64,000 bases of DNA from Candidatus Kaelpia imicola. GTDB lineage: Bacteria > Omnitrophota > Gorgyraeia > Kaelpiales > Kaelpiaceae. Positions 51,689-60,121 of this stretch are shown here, in pieces. The DNA lies in the NCBI GenBank assembly GCA_030765505.1, contig JAVCCL010000001.1, positions 12,306 to 76,305 on the forward strand, read 5' to 3'. The position numbers and the translations under genes were made by a program. Below the pieces are notes generated by a model. The model did not search any database. It was not told the DNA's origin and was given only the letters and a program-made list of their open reading frames with translations. The stretch's first letter is position 1. The number at the start of each line of letters is the position of its first letter.

Positions 51689-52096
51689 ATGGCGAATACA
51701 GAAGTCCAAAAGATAAAAGTGCTTGCGACTGGTAAGAGAAAGACTTCGGTAGCCAGGGTACACCTAAAAGAAGGTAGCGGTAAGATTATTGTAAACGGTA
51801 AAGGGCTTAGCGAGTATTTTCCAAGATTACTATATAGACAGCAGGTAACGGCACCCCTAGAGGCAGTCGGAGCTTTAAAGAGGTTTGATGTAAAAGCGAA
51901 GGCAGAAGGGGGAGGACTTACCGGGCAAGCTGGAGCTGTTGGTTTGGGTGTTGCACGGGCGCTTGTTCTCTATGATGAATCACACCGAGTGCTATTAAGA
52001 GAGAAAAACCTCTTAACTCGCGATCCCAGAATGGTAGAGAGAAAAAAATACGGACTTAGAAAAGCAAGACGGGCGCCTCAGTATTCGAAACGTTAG
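51689..52096 (+). CDS. rpsI: 30S ribosomal protein S9
   Basis: GKRKTSVARV, GGG..GQAGA, RDPR..ERKKYG, QYSKR. Confidence 0.97.
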   Translation: MANTEVQKIKVLATGKRKTSVARVHLKEGSGKIIVNGKGLSEYFPRLLYRQQVTAPLEAVGALKRFDVKAKAEGGGLTGQAGAVGLGVARALVLYDESHRVLLREKNLLTRDPRMVERKKYGLRKARRAPQYSKR

Positions 52097-53535
52097 TCTA
52101 ATTCGAAAAGAACAGTTCCGCCGTCGATCTTAATGATTCTTAATCTCTCCTTATTTTTGTTTATCCAAGGATAGATATATTTTATCATCTCAGAGTTAAG
52201 TCTATCAGCCAATATATGGGTTACCCCTTTTTTTTCTATATGAGTTGTTATCTTTTTCATGTCGTAGCTATAAGGTATATAGGTGCCTTTTCTTGATGAG
52301 AGCATATATATTAAGGCAGTATTTTTAGATAGTATTACAGATTCTTGAGAAGTATTCTCTTTAATCCAACTGCTTAATTGAACTACTTCATTGACCTCTG
52401 CCGGATATATCTTATTTACGGTTATTTCAAGTAACAGTTCTTTAAGCCCGGAGTAAAGGATGGATAGTATAATCGTTAGGTATATTATTCTTTTGATAGT
52501 TGAGGGGATTCTTATGATCAGCGATTTGAGTCCCCAATATAGGTAGATAAGTATTATAAATAAGATAGGATATATAAATCTTGTGCTTTGCCATGGCCAG
52601 ACAATAAAGAAAAAGAGATAAGTAGCAAAAAAAACAAAGAAGCTCTTTTTATAAAAATTAGGTTTTATGCTATATATACCCGAACATAGTAATGTCCAGA
52701 ACAATGTTGCATAGAGCAATATTCCCGAAGAGGGAAGATTAAATATTTCTCTGGGTATATTTAGAAAATAAAATTTAATATTATCTATTACTCTGGCTAT
52801 TAAACATTCAATATCGATATATCCTTGTTGAGGCGTAAAATCATCTTTGTATAAAAGATATTTAATATGGTAAAGATTGTTTTCTGGAGCTGTTCTTGAT
52901 TGAATGATATATATGGTTATTATGGTTATTGTAGTTAAGATTGCCGTAGTTATGAAAAGGTTTCGATCTTTTTTGGCGTAGCTATAGATAAAGAGAGGTA
53001 CCAATATGATAATGCCTATCGTACGAGTGAATATCAAAGAATACATTGTTGCCAAAAGTAGCCCCAAATATATTTTTTTATCTTTTTGGAAGTATCGGTT
53101 TAGCAACCATAAAGATAATAATAAAAAAAACATAAAAGGAGCTTCCGTAAGTATTTTATTGCTAAATCTAATAAAGATAGGCATGCTCATTAAAGATACT
53201 GAAAGCAGGAGCGCCTCTTTTTTGTTAAATAATTCTAAGGTTAAACTAAAAAACAGTAATATAGATAAGAGGCTGAAAACAAGCATAAGTATTTTTAATG
53301 GATAAGGGTTTAAACCAAATATTTTTATTAAAGGAGCTATGATGTATGGAAATATATAGTTATTATAAAAAACAGGATTATTATCTATTTCAGATATTGT
53401 TCTATAACCGTTACCGGATGCTATTGAATCTGCTGTTGTTATATATCTTGGACTATCAAAAGATATTTCTATGGCTGGGTCTACAAGCATTGCTCCGTAG
53501 AGAAGGATAAAGAAAAGGATGAGAAATCTTTTCAT
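52093..53535 (-). CDS. GT-C/family 39 membrane glycosyltransferase, paralog of 7231-8742
   Basis: DSPRY..A.SI.SG.GYR, LTEAPF, WPW..RF..P. Confidence 0.8.
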   Translation of the reverse strand: MKRFLILFFILLYGAMLVDPAIEISFDSPRYITTADSIASGNGYRTISEIDNNPVFYNNYIFPYIIAPLIKIFGLNPYPLKILMLVFSLLSILLFFSLTLELFNKKEALLLSVSLMSMPIFIRFSNKILTEAPFMFFLLLSLWLLNRYFQKDKKIYLGLLLATMYSLIFTRTIGIIILVPLFIYSYAKKDRNLFITTAILTTITIITIYIIQSRTAPENNLYHIKYLLYKDDFTPQQGYIDIECLIARVIDNIKFYFLNIPREIFNLPSSGILLYATLFWTLLCSGIYSIKPNFYKKSFFVFFATYLFFFIVWPWQSTRFIYPILFIILIYLYWGLKSLIIRIPSTIKRIIYLTIILSILYSGLKELLLEITVNKIYPAEVNEVVQLSSWIKENTSQESVILSKNTALIYMLSSRKGTYIPYSYDMKKITTHIEKKGVTHILADRLNSEMIKYIYPWINKNKERLRIIKIDGGTVLFELD

Positions 53536-53576
53536 CTAATTGGAGTAATAGATGAACATTGAAAATAGGCTGCTGG

Positions 53577-53954
53577 TTAACTTATCTCGAGTACTCTCTC
53601 TATGCATTTAATAAGCTCTTCCGGTGTTACTGGCTTGGCAAGGAAAGTTCTTCCCCCTATGGTTCCGTAGTGGGAGTCAACCTCTTTTTTGCGTGTTAGG
53701 GCTGTCACGAATACGATAGGAATGTTCTTTGTAATTTCGTCTTTTAGGAGATGTTCTGCAACCTCTGAGCCATCCATAACAGGCATTAGAAGATCTAGCA
53801 GTATAAGGTCTGGTTTTTCTTCTTTTGCTATCTCTATTCCTTCAGTACCGCTAATTACTGTTGAGACTTCAAATTTACCAGTATCTTCCAGATTCAGTTT
53901 CACAAAATGACAAAAATCTTCTTCGTCATCGATTAAAAGTATTTTTTTACTCAT
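53577..53954 (-). CDS. Single-domain response regulator
   Basis: IDDE, LLD..MP, KP. Confidence 0.9.
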   Translation of the reverse strand: MSKKILLIDDEEDFCHFVKLNLEDTGKFEVSTVISGTEGIEIAKEEKPDLILLDLLMPVMDGSEVAEHLLKDEITKNIPIVFVTALTRKKEVDSHYGTIGGRTFLAKPVTPEELIKCIERVLEIS

Positions 53955-53968
53955 CTCTCTCCTCCTTT

Positions 53969-55405
53969 TTAAACCGGCAGTTTAATTCTTACTTCTGTGC
54001 CTTCCCTGTATTTACTCTTTATATCTATTGTACCATGATGCCTTCTTATTATACCTCTAGTTACCGGGAGCCCTAATCCGGCTGACTCTCTACTTCTTTT
54101 AGTAGTGAAGAAAGGATCAAATATTTTGTCGAGATTATCTTCCGAGATTCCGCAACCATTATCATTAAATATTATTTCAACAAAGTTCTGTTTATCTTCA
54201 GTTGTTTTATCAACAGATATATTTAAATTACCCCCGTCTCTCATAGCGTCCACAGCGTTCATGACTATATTTAAAAAAACCTGCTTCATCGGGTTTTCGT
54301 CTATATTTACCTTGGGTATCCCAGGGGTGAATTTTGTTTCTACTGTTATACTCTTAATGTCCATCTGATATTTTGTTAGAGATAGGGTCTCTTTAACAAG
54401 GTACACAATATCCGATTTTTTAAATTTCGGAAATGCCGGCTGTGAATAATCTAAAAGATCTATTATTATCTTATCTGCTCTTAAGGCAGCCTTCTTTATT
54501 CTATCCGCTGCATCTATTAGCTTGGGGTCGACAGAAATTTTCTTAAGATATTCAATCCCTTGGATAATAATAGTAAGAGGGTTTTTAATTTCATGGGCAA
54601 CACCTGCAGATAGTTGGCCTAAAGATGCCATCTTCTCTGCTTGGACAAGTTGGTTTTGCGCTTCTTTTAAATCATCTATCATTTTGTTGAAGGCATTTGC
54701 TAAATCGCCAATTTCATCCGTTGATTTTATAGATACCTTTTTTTCAAATCTACCTTTTCCTATCTCTAAAATATTATCTCTTAATTTGGATAGAGGCGTT
54801 GTTATCGTATCCCTGAAATAAATCACACTAAACAATATTAGAAGTATATTGATAAATAATCCTCCCAGTGCTATCACATAGAGGAGATATTTTGTCCTCT
54901 CTTGGCCTGAGCGCATCATTAATATTTCTTCGTAAACAAATTGATGAAATTTCTCAGAGATCATTAAAGTGTTGGATAGCTTAAACTCTAGTTTTTTAAG
55001 TAAGGCTTCGGTTTCAAACAGAGGCCTATCTTCCTCTATATTAAATATTTCAAAGGCAATTTTCTTAGCCTGAGCATATTCTGTTGTGACATAGTTTAAA
55101 AGCTGTCTGCCTTCAATTTTGCCTATTTCAAGCTGATATGTTTTATCCAGGAGTTCTTCTACATTGATACTTGTTTGTTGGAAGCTGTTCTTCTTCTGGT
55201 TAAAATCTTCAGTTGGTATTATTAGTTGTGCAAAAGAACGCTCTAAGTTTTTCGCTAAATTGAGTATCTCGATATCATTCTGTAGTTCCTCAATGTAGTA
55301 TTCATGGTGGTTGGCGATATATATGTAGCTAATTGTAATAATTGCTATTTCAATGATGAAGATAGTGAAGAAAATTCCAAATTTAAAACTTAATTTAATT
55401 CGCAT
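53969..55405 (-). CDS. Membrane HAMP histidine kinase (NtrB-type)
   Basis: 2 TMs, HAMP DEIGDL, AHEIKNPL, DPFFTTK, GLGL. Confidence 0.9.
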   Translation of the reverse strand: MRIKLSFKFGIFFTIFIIEIAIITISYIYIANHHEYYIEELQNDIEILNLAKNLERSFAQLIIPTEDFNQKKNSFQQTSINVEELLDKTYQLEIGKIEGRQLLNYVTTEYAQAKKIAFEIFNIEEDRPLFETEALLKKLEFKLSNTLMISEKFHQFVYEEILMMRSGQERTKYLLYVIALGGLFINILLILFSVIYFRDTITTPLSKLRDNILEIGKGRFEKKVSIKSTDEIGDLANAFNKMIDDLKEAQNQLVQAEKMASLGQLSAGVAHEIKNPLTIIIQGIEYLKKISVDPKLIDAADRIKKAALRADKIIIDLLDYSQPAFPKFKKSDIVYLVKETLSLTKYQMDIKSITVETKFTPGIPKVNIDENPMKQVFLNIVMNAVDAMRDGGNLNISVDKTTEDKQNFVEIIFNDNGCGISEDNLDKIFDPFFTTKRSRESAGLGLPVTRGIIRRHHGTIDIKSKYREGTEVRIKLPV

Positions 55406-55547
55406 TTCTTATATTTACAATATGTACAATAATATAAACTAAACTATTATATACCTTTATTTTATTTCTTCAAAATGTAAAATGTATATAAGGCTATGTT
55501 GCTTGAAATAATTTCTTTTATCTGGTATAAGGATAGAACCCTAATAT

Positions 55548-55623
55548 CGGGGTGTGGCTCAGCTTGGTTTAGAGCGCCTGGTTTGGGACCAGGAGGTCGG
55601 GAGTTCGAATCTCCCCACCCCGA
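55548..55623 (+). tRNA. tRNA-Pro (TGG)
   Basis: Cloverleaf CGGGGTG...CACCCCG, anticodon loop TTTGGGA; CCA not encoded. Confidence 0.95.
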
Positions 55624-55662
55624 TTGCAATATTATAGAATAGAGCTACAATATGTTAAATAT

Positions 55663-55706
55663 GCGCCTGTAGCTCAATCGGATAGAGCATCTGCCTTCTA
55701 AGCCGA
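55663..55706 (+). pseudogene. 5' half of tRNA-Arg(TCT), copy 1
   Basis: GCGCCTGTAGCTCAATCGGATAGAGCA, anticodon arm with TCT, then no T-arm or acceptor 3' strand. Confidence 0.85.
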
Positions 55707-55834
55707 ACCAGCCCATTTCCCTAACCCTTTGATTTAACTGTAAATGTATTATCTATCAAGTAATTGTCCCAAAATCCAAAGTACACTGAAGTACATTGAC
55801 GTACATCTAAATTGTCCCCAGATTGTCCCCCAAG
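55663..55834 (+). repeat. att-like repeat copy 1 (half tRNA + IHF sites + GTACA repeats + TTGTCCCCA pair)
   Basis: Direct repeat of 58131-58312. Confidence 0.9.
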
Positions 55835-56011
55835 GAGAGGCTATGATGTATGCCATAAGTAATAAGATTTTGTCGTAGTTACTAAATAAGGAGCTGGCGA
55901 AGGTTGATTGGGTAAGTGTATTAATAATTGTTTAAGCAACGTTTATACTTGTAGCTTTAGTGATCCAAGCCTATCCATAACTAGAGAATCTGTTATTTTT
56001 TAATTTTGTTA

Positions 56012-56038
56012 TTGACAACTATAAATTAGGTGTATAAT
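56012..56038 (+). promoter_or_regulatory. Putative sigma70 promoter of DUF5752-treT
   Basis: TTGACA and TATAAT, but only a 15-bp spacer. Confidence 0.4.
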
Positions 56039-56067
56039 TACGCATTAAATTTAACTTATACTTAAAT

Positions 56068-56709
56068 ATGTCAAAATTTAGTTTTATAGGGTGTATTGAA
56101 ATTAAAGAATTGCTTGGTAAGAGAGCAGGGGATGAATTAAAGCTGCTTGAATACATCGAGGAAGTCTCTCTAGATTGCATATATTATCATACTCATAGTT
56201 ATTTTTTAAGGCATTATTATCTTGCAGGATCTTATCCCAATGATTTTGCTAATTGGGTTGCAATTCAAGTAAGAGATAGAGTTTTAGGTGAAAAACTGGC
56301 CTCCGTAACCCCCCATGGATTTAAAAGCTTAGAAGATGTAAGAGCAGAGTTAATAGAGATTATAGATAGGCATTTATCTTCAATTGAAATAATACCCCGA
56401 GTTGTATATGGTGAATCTTTTTATTTTATGAAGTCTAGAATAATTGAAATTCCCATAGGTGTTGAAGTGAATAATTTTGAAGAGTTTAAAGGTGTTTTAA
56501 AAACAGTAGATGCAAGTTCCATTTATTACCATATTTTTGAGTCAAGATTGAGAAATAAAAAAGGTAGTAGTGATTTTGCAATCTGGCTTAAAGATGAGTT
56601 AGGTCTAAATGTGCTCGCTGAACAGATTGAATTATTAGATTGTTATATGTATAGTTTGGAAGATCTAAGATCTAAATTGATAGATTTATGCAATCAAGTC
56701 GAAGAATAG
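56068..56709 (+). CDS. DUF5752-family protein
   Basis: Internally repeated IYYH, NDFA.W / SDFA.W motifs; typical treT neighbour. Confidence 0.8.
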   Translation: MSKFSFIGCIEIKELLGKRAGDELKLLEYIEEVSLDCIYYHTHSYFLRHYYLAGSYPNDFANWVAIQVRDRVLGEKLASVTPHGFKSLEDVRAELIEIIDRHLSSIEIIPRVVYGESFYFMKSRIIEIPIGVEVNNFEEFKGVLKTVDASSIYYHIFESRLRNKKGSSDFAIWLKDELGLNVLAEQIELLDCYMYSLEDLRSKLIDLCNQVEE

Positions 56710-56712
56710 ATT

Positions 56713-57924
56713 ATGAATGATAAATTGACAATTGAATTATATAAAGATATAGCTCCAGCCGGTACGGTTGATTTAATTAAGAGGCTTGTAGAAAAATTAC
56801 AAGGTAAGTCTGTTTTACATGTTAATTCTACTCGTTTAGGTGGTGGTGTAGCTGAAATGTTATTGAGGCTTGTACCTATGTTTAATGAGCTTGGAGTAAA
56901 ATCTAATTGGGATGTGGTAAAAGGTTCAGACCTTTTTTATAAAACAACGAAATGTTTTCATAATGCTCTGCAGGGAGATGAGCAGAATATAACTGCAGAT
57001 ATGTATGAAGAATATCTAAGAGTCAACAGGGAGAATGCAGATAATATGAATTTTAATGATGATATAATTGTAATACACGATCCTCAACCAGCAGCGTTTA
57101 TAAAAAATAGAAACAATAGTTCGAAATGGATATGGAGATGTCATATAGACATATCAAGGCCACAGAGAAAAGTATGGCAATTTTTAAAAGAGTTTGTAAA
57201 TAGTTATGATGCAGCTATATTCTCTTTACCCAAGTTTGCACAGAATATTAATATTCCGCAGTTTTTGATATATCCATCAATAGATCCGTTAAGTGATAAA
57301 AATAAAGAGATTTCTCGTAAGGAGATTAATCAGGTATTAAAAAAATTCAACATTCCTATGGATAAGCCCATTATTTTACAGGTATCGCGGTTTGATAAAT
57401 TTAAAGATCCTATAGGAGTTATTAAGGCGTACCAAATGGTTAAAAAATTTAATGATTGCTACCTTATTCTTGCTGGCGGAGGGGCTAGCGATGACCCTGA
57501 AGGTCAAGAGGTTTTGAATAGAGTGTACGAGGAAGCATCTCATGACAAAGACATATATGTTCTGGATTTACCACCAGATGCAAATATAGAAATAAATGCA
57601 TTGCAACGGTCTGCCTCTGTAGTATTGCAAAAATCTACAAAGGAGGGATTTGGCTTAACTGTTGCCGAAGCTATGTGGAAAGGAAAACCTGTTATAGGAG
57701 GCGCTGTAGGTGGTATTGCAACTCAAATAGTTTACGGGATAACTGGATTTACTGTTAATTCCATAGAAGGTTGTGCTTATAGGATACGTTATCTTTTAAA
57801 CAACCCTGTGATTGCCAAAAAAATAGGTAAAGATGCTAAAGAGTATACAAGGAGAAATTTTTTAATAACAAGACATATGTTGGATTATATAGCTCTTATG
57901 TACTCTGTTTTGAACGGAAAATAA
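56713..57924 (+). CDS. treT: Trehalose glycosyl-transferring synthase TreT-like (GT4)
   Basis: NST..GGGVAE, HNALQG, HDPQP, WRCHID, SRFD..KD, EGFGLTV.EAMWK. Confidence 0.85.
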   Translation: MNDKLTIELYKDIAPAGTVDLIKRLVEKLQGKSVLHVNSTRLGGGVAEMLLRLVPMFNELGVKSNWDVVKGSDLFYKTTKCFHNALQGDEQNITADMYEEYLRVNRENADNMNFNDDIIVIHDPQPAAFIKNRNNSSKWIWRCHIDISRPQRKVWQFLKEFVNSYDAAIFSLPKFAQNINIPQFLIYPSIDPLSDKNKEISRKEINQVLKKFNIPMDKPIILQVSRFDKFKDPIGVIKAYQMVKKFNDCYLILAGGGASDDPEGQEVLNRVYEEASHDKDIYVLDLPPDANIEINALQRSASVVLQKSTKEGFGLTVAEAMWKGKPVIGGAVGGIATQIVYGITGFTVNSIEGCAYRIRYLLNNPVIAKKIGKDAKEYTRRNFLITRHMLDYIALMYSVLNGK

Positions 57925-58130
57925 AGAATGAGTGAAGAAATAAAGAAAGCCCAAGCAAGATAGGGGAGAGCGTAAAAAGTGGCTAGGAGTATGAGTGTTA
58001 TTATTGGAGTTCCGTGCCTCCGGTAAGCCTAACAATTTTCTCCAATTTTCGTCTACTGTAAGGTAGTTTCAGTTTTAATTTAAAAGTATAAGATTGAAAT
58101 TCCCTTTTCTTTATGTTATTAAATTACAAT

Positions 58131-58174
58131 GCGCCTGTAGCTCAATCGGACAGAGCATCTGCCTTCTAAGCAGA
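58131..58174 (+). pseudogene. 5' half of tRNA-Arg(TCT), copy 2
   Basis: Intact D-arm and anticodon arm TCTGC-CTTCTAA-GCAGA; 3' half absent. Confidence 0.85.
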
Positions 58175-58312
58175 ACCAGCCCAATTCCCTAACTCATTGA
58201 TTTAACTGTAAATGTATTATCTATCAAACAATTATCCTAAAATCCAAAGTACACTGAAGTACATTGACGTACATCTACGTACATTTAAATTGTCCCCATA
58301 TTGTCCCCAGGG
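58131..58312 (+). repeat. att-like repeat copy 2
   Basis: About a dozen substitutions plus one extra 10-bp GTACA unit relative to copy 1 (aligned by eye). Confidence 0.9.
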
Positions 58313-58457
58313 TAGAGGGTGGTGTACTTGCTAAAGCTTTGCTCTAACAATAATTCAGAGTAACAGTTCAGCTATCAAAAGTAACTCATCCCTTTTAATA
58401 TAGCACTATATCTTTAAACCCTCCTTTTGCCACTCTGTAATAGCTCCGTAATAGTGC

Positions 58458-58486
58458 TTGACAGAGCCTATCTTTTAGACTATAAT
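58458..58486 (+). promoter_or_regulatory. Consensus sigma70 promoter inside IS66 left end
   Basis: TTGACA-17 bp-TATAAT. Confidence 0.8.
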
Positions 58487-58499
58487 CTGATATGTTGAT

Positions 58500-58832
58500 A
58501 TGATATCAGATAAGGTAAAGCTTATGGATGAAAAGAAGATACTTAAAGAACGCCGTAAGATATATGGTCAAATGCCCATGGTTGAGGAGTCTATCCGCGG
58601 TTCATTAGTTGTAATGAGAAGAACCTGCGGGAAAGCTAATTGCCGCTGTCAAAAGGGCCAAAAACACAGAGCAATGTACTTATCTCAAAGTCACAACGGT
58701 AAGACACGCATGATATATATCCCGAAGAACATGGAAAAGAGGGTGGATCAGTATATTAAGAATTACCAAAAGATAAAAAGTGTTTTGAACCGCTTATCAG
58801 ATATTAATATAAAATTGCTTACCAAAAGGTAA
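58500..58832 (+). CDS. IS accessory protein, DUF6788-like Cys/His motif
   Basis: RGSL...RRTCGKANCRC..G.KH..YLS. Confidence 0.75.
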   Translation: MISDKVKLMDEKKILKERRKIYGQMPMVEESIRGSLVVMRRTCGKANCRCQKGQKHRAMYLSQSHNGKTRMIYIPKNMEKRVDQYIKNYQKIKSVLNRLSDINIKLLTKR

Positions 58833-60121
58833 TAGAGGATGAGTAAAAAGAATCTTTACAAAAGGCTCTTAGAACTTGAAGAAGAGAATAAAAGACTAAA
58901 AGAAGAGAATGCATATCTAAGATTTGAATTGGAAGAGTTCAAATCCAAAAGATACAAATCCAATAAGGAAAAACCGCCTGACCATGGAGGACCCAAACTT
59001 CAGCCTAAGAAAAAAGGCGGTTTGTTTGGTCATATAGGCTGGTTCAGGAAGAAGCCTCAAAGAATAGATAGAATCGAAGAAGTAAAGATAGATAAGTGTC
59101 CAGAGTGCGGTTCTATTGAGATAACAGAATGTAAAGCTATAGAAGAACACCTACAGGAAGATATTCTGATACCTATAGTCCAGGCAACACTTTACCGTAA
59201 ACACAAATATTACTGCAGGAATTGTAAGAAAATAGTCGTCGGTAAAGGCAGAGCTGAACTCCCTAAAAGCTATATAGGCCCAACAGCAAAGTCATGGGCA
59301 GTCTTTTTGAAATACGCAGTCAAGGTATCTGATAGAGATATTAAAAATATATTCCAGAAGATGTTCAATTTAAGAATAGCAGACTCTTCTTTATCGGGTT
59401 TTAGAGACCAGCTGAAACGAGAGGCGTTTCCGATATATAAGAAGCTGCAGAAGGCATTGAAACAAGGCAGCTTTATACACGCCGATGAGACAGGCTGGAA
59501 GGTAGAAGGAGAGAAGCACTGGCTCTGGAAGTTCTCCAATAAAAAGATATCTCTAACTCACATAGACAGAAGCCGCGGACAGAAGGTTGTTGAGGATATT
59601 GTAGGCAGGGAATATGACGGCATAATAATATCGGATTTTTTATCTGCATATAATAAGATTGCTGCTAAAGGGAAACAACGCTGTCTTGTTCATATCTTAA
59701 GAGATTTGAAGAAAGTAATCGAGTATTGGCATGACGATAAAGAGGTTCTAAGATACTGCAGGAGGCTTAAGAAGGTATTTGAAGATGCCATAAAATTATA
59801 CGAAGAATACAGAGATAGAGAATGGGATCAGGATTACTATCGAAAAAGGATCTTGATCACCCAAAGGTTGAAAGACTTCTGCTTCCCAAATCCCAACAAA
59901 AGAATATTGCAGAGATTTGTTAAAAGGCTTAATCGCCATAAAGATGAACTGTTTACCTTCTTATATGAAAAAGATATAGATTATCATAATAATCATGCCG
60001 AACAGCAGATAAGGCCTGATGTGATGAGCGACAATTATAATTACCGGCCAACGACAATTGAAATTCCCGAAAAATAGGCTGGAGATGGTAATCTATTTAG
60101 ACTAAAGATAAGGAGGTCTAA

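Noticed and set aside
55781-55831. Short repeats as a CRISPR array or iterons
   Set aside because: Units are 10-11 bp with no spacers, and no cas or rep gene is nearby
55663-58312. Half tRNA-Arg as an intron-containing or split tRNA
   Set aside because: The anticodon arm is completed before the break, no 3' exon is seen in the window, and the following DNA has att-arm motifs rather than intron structure
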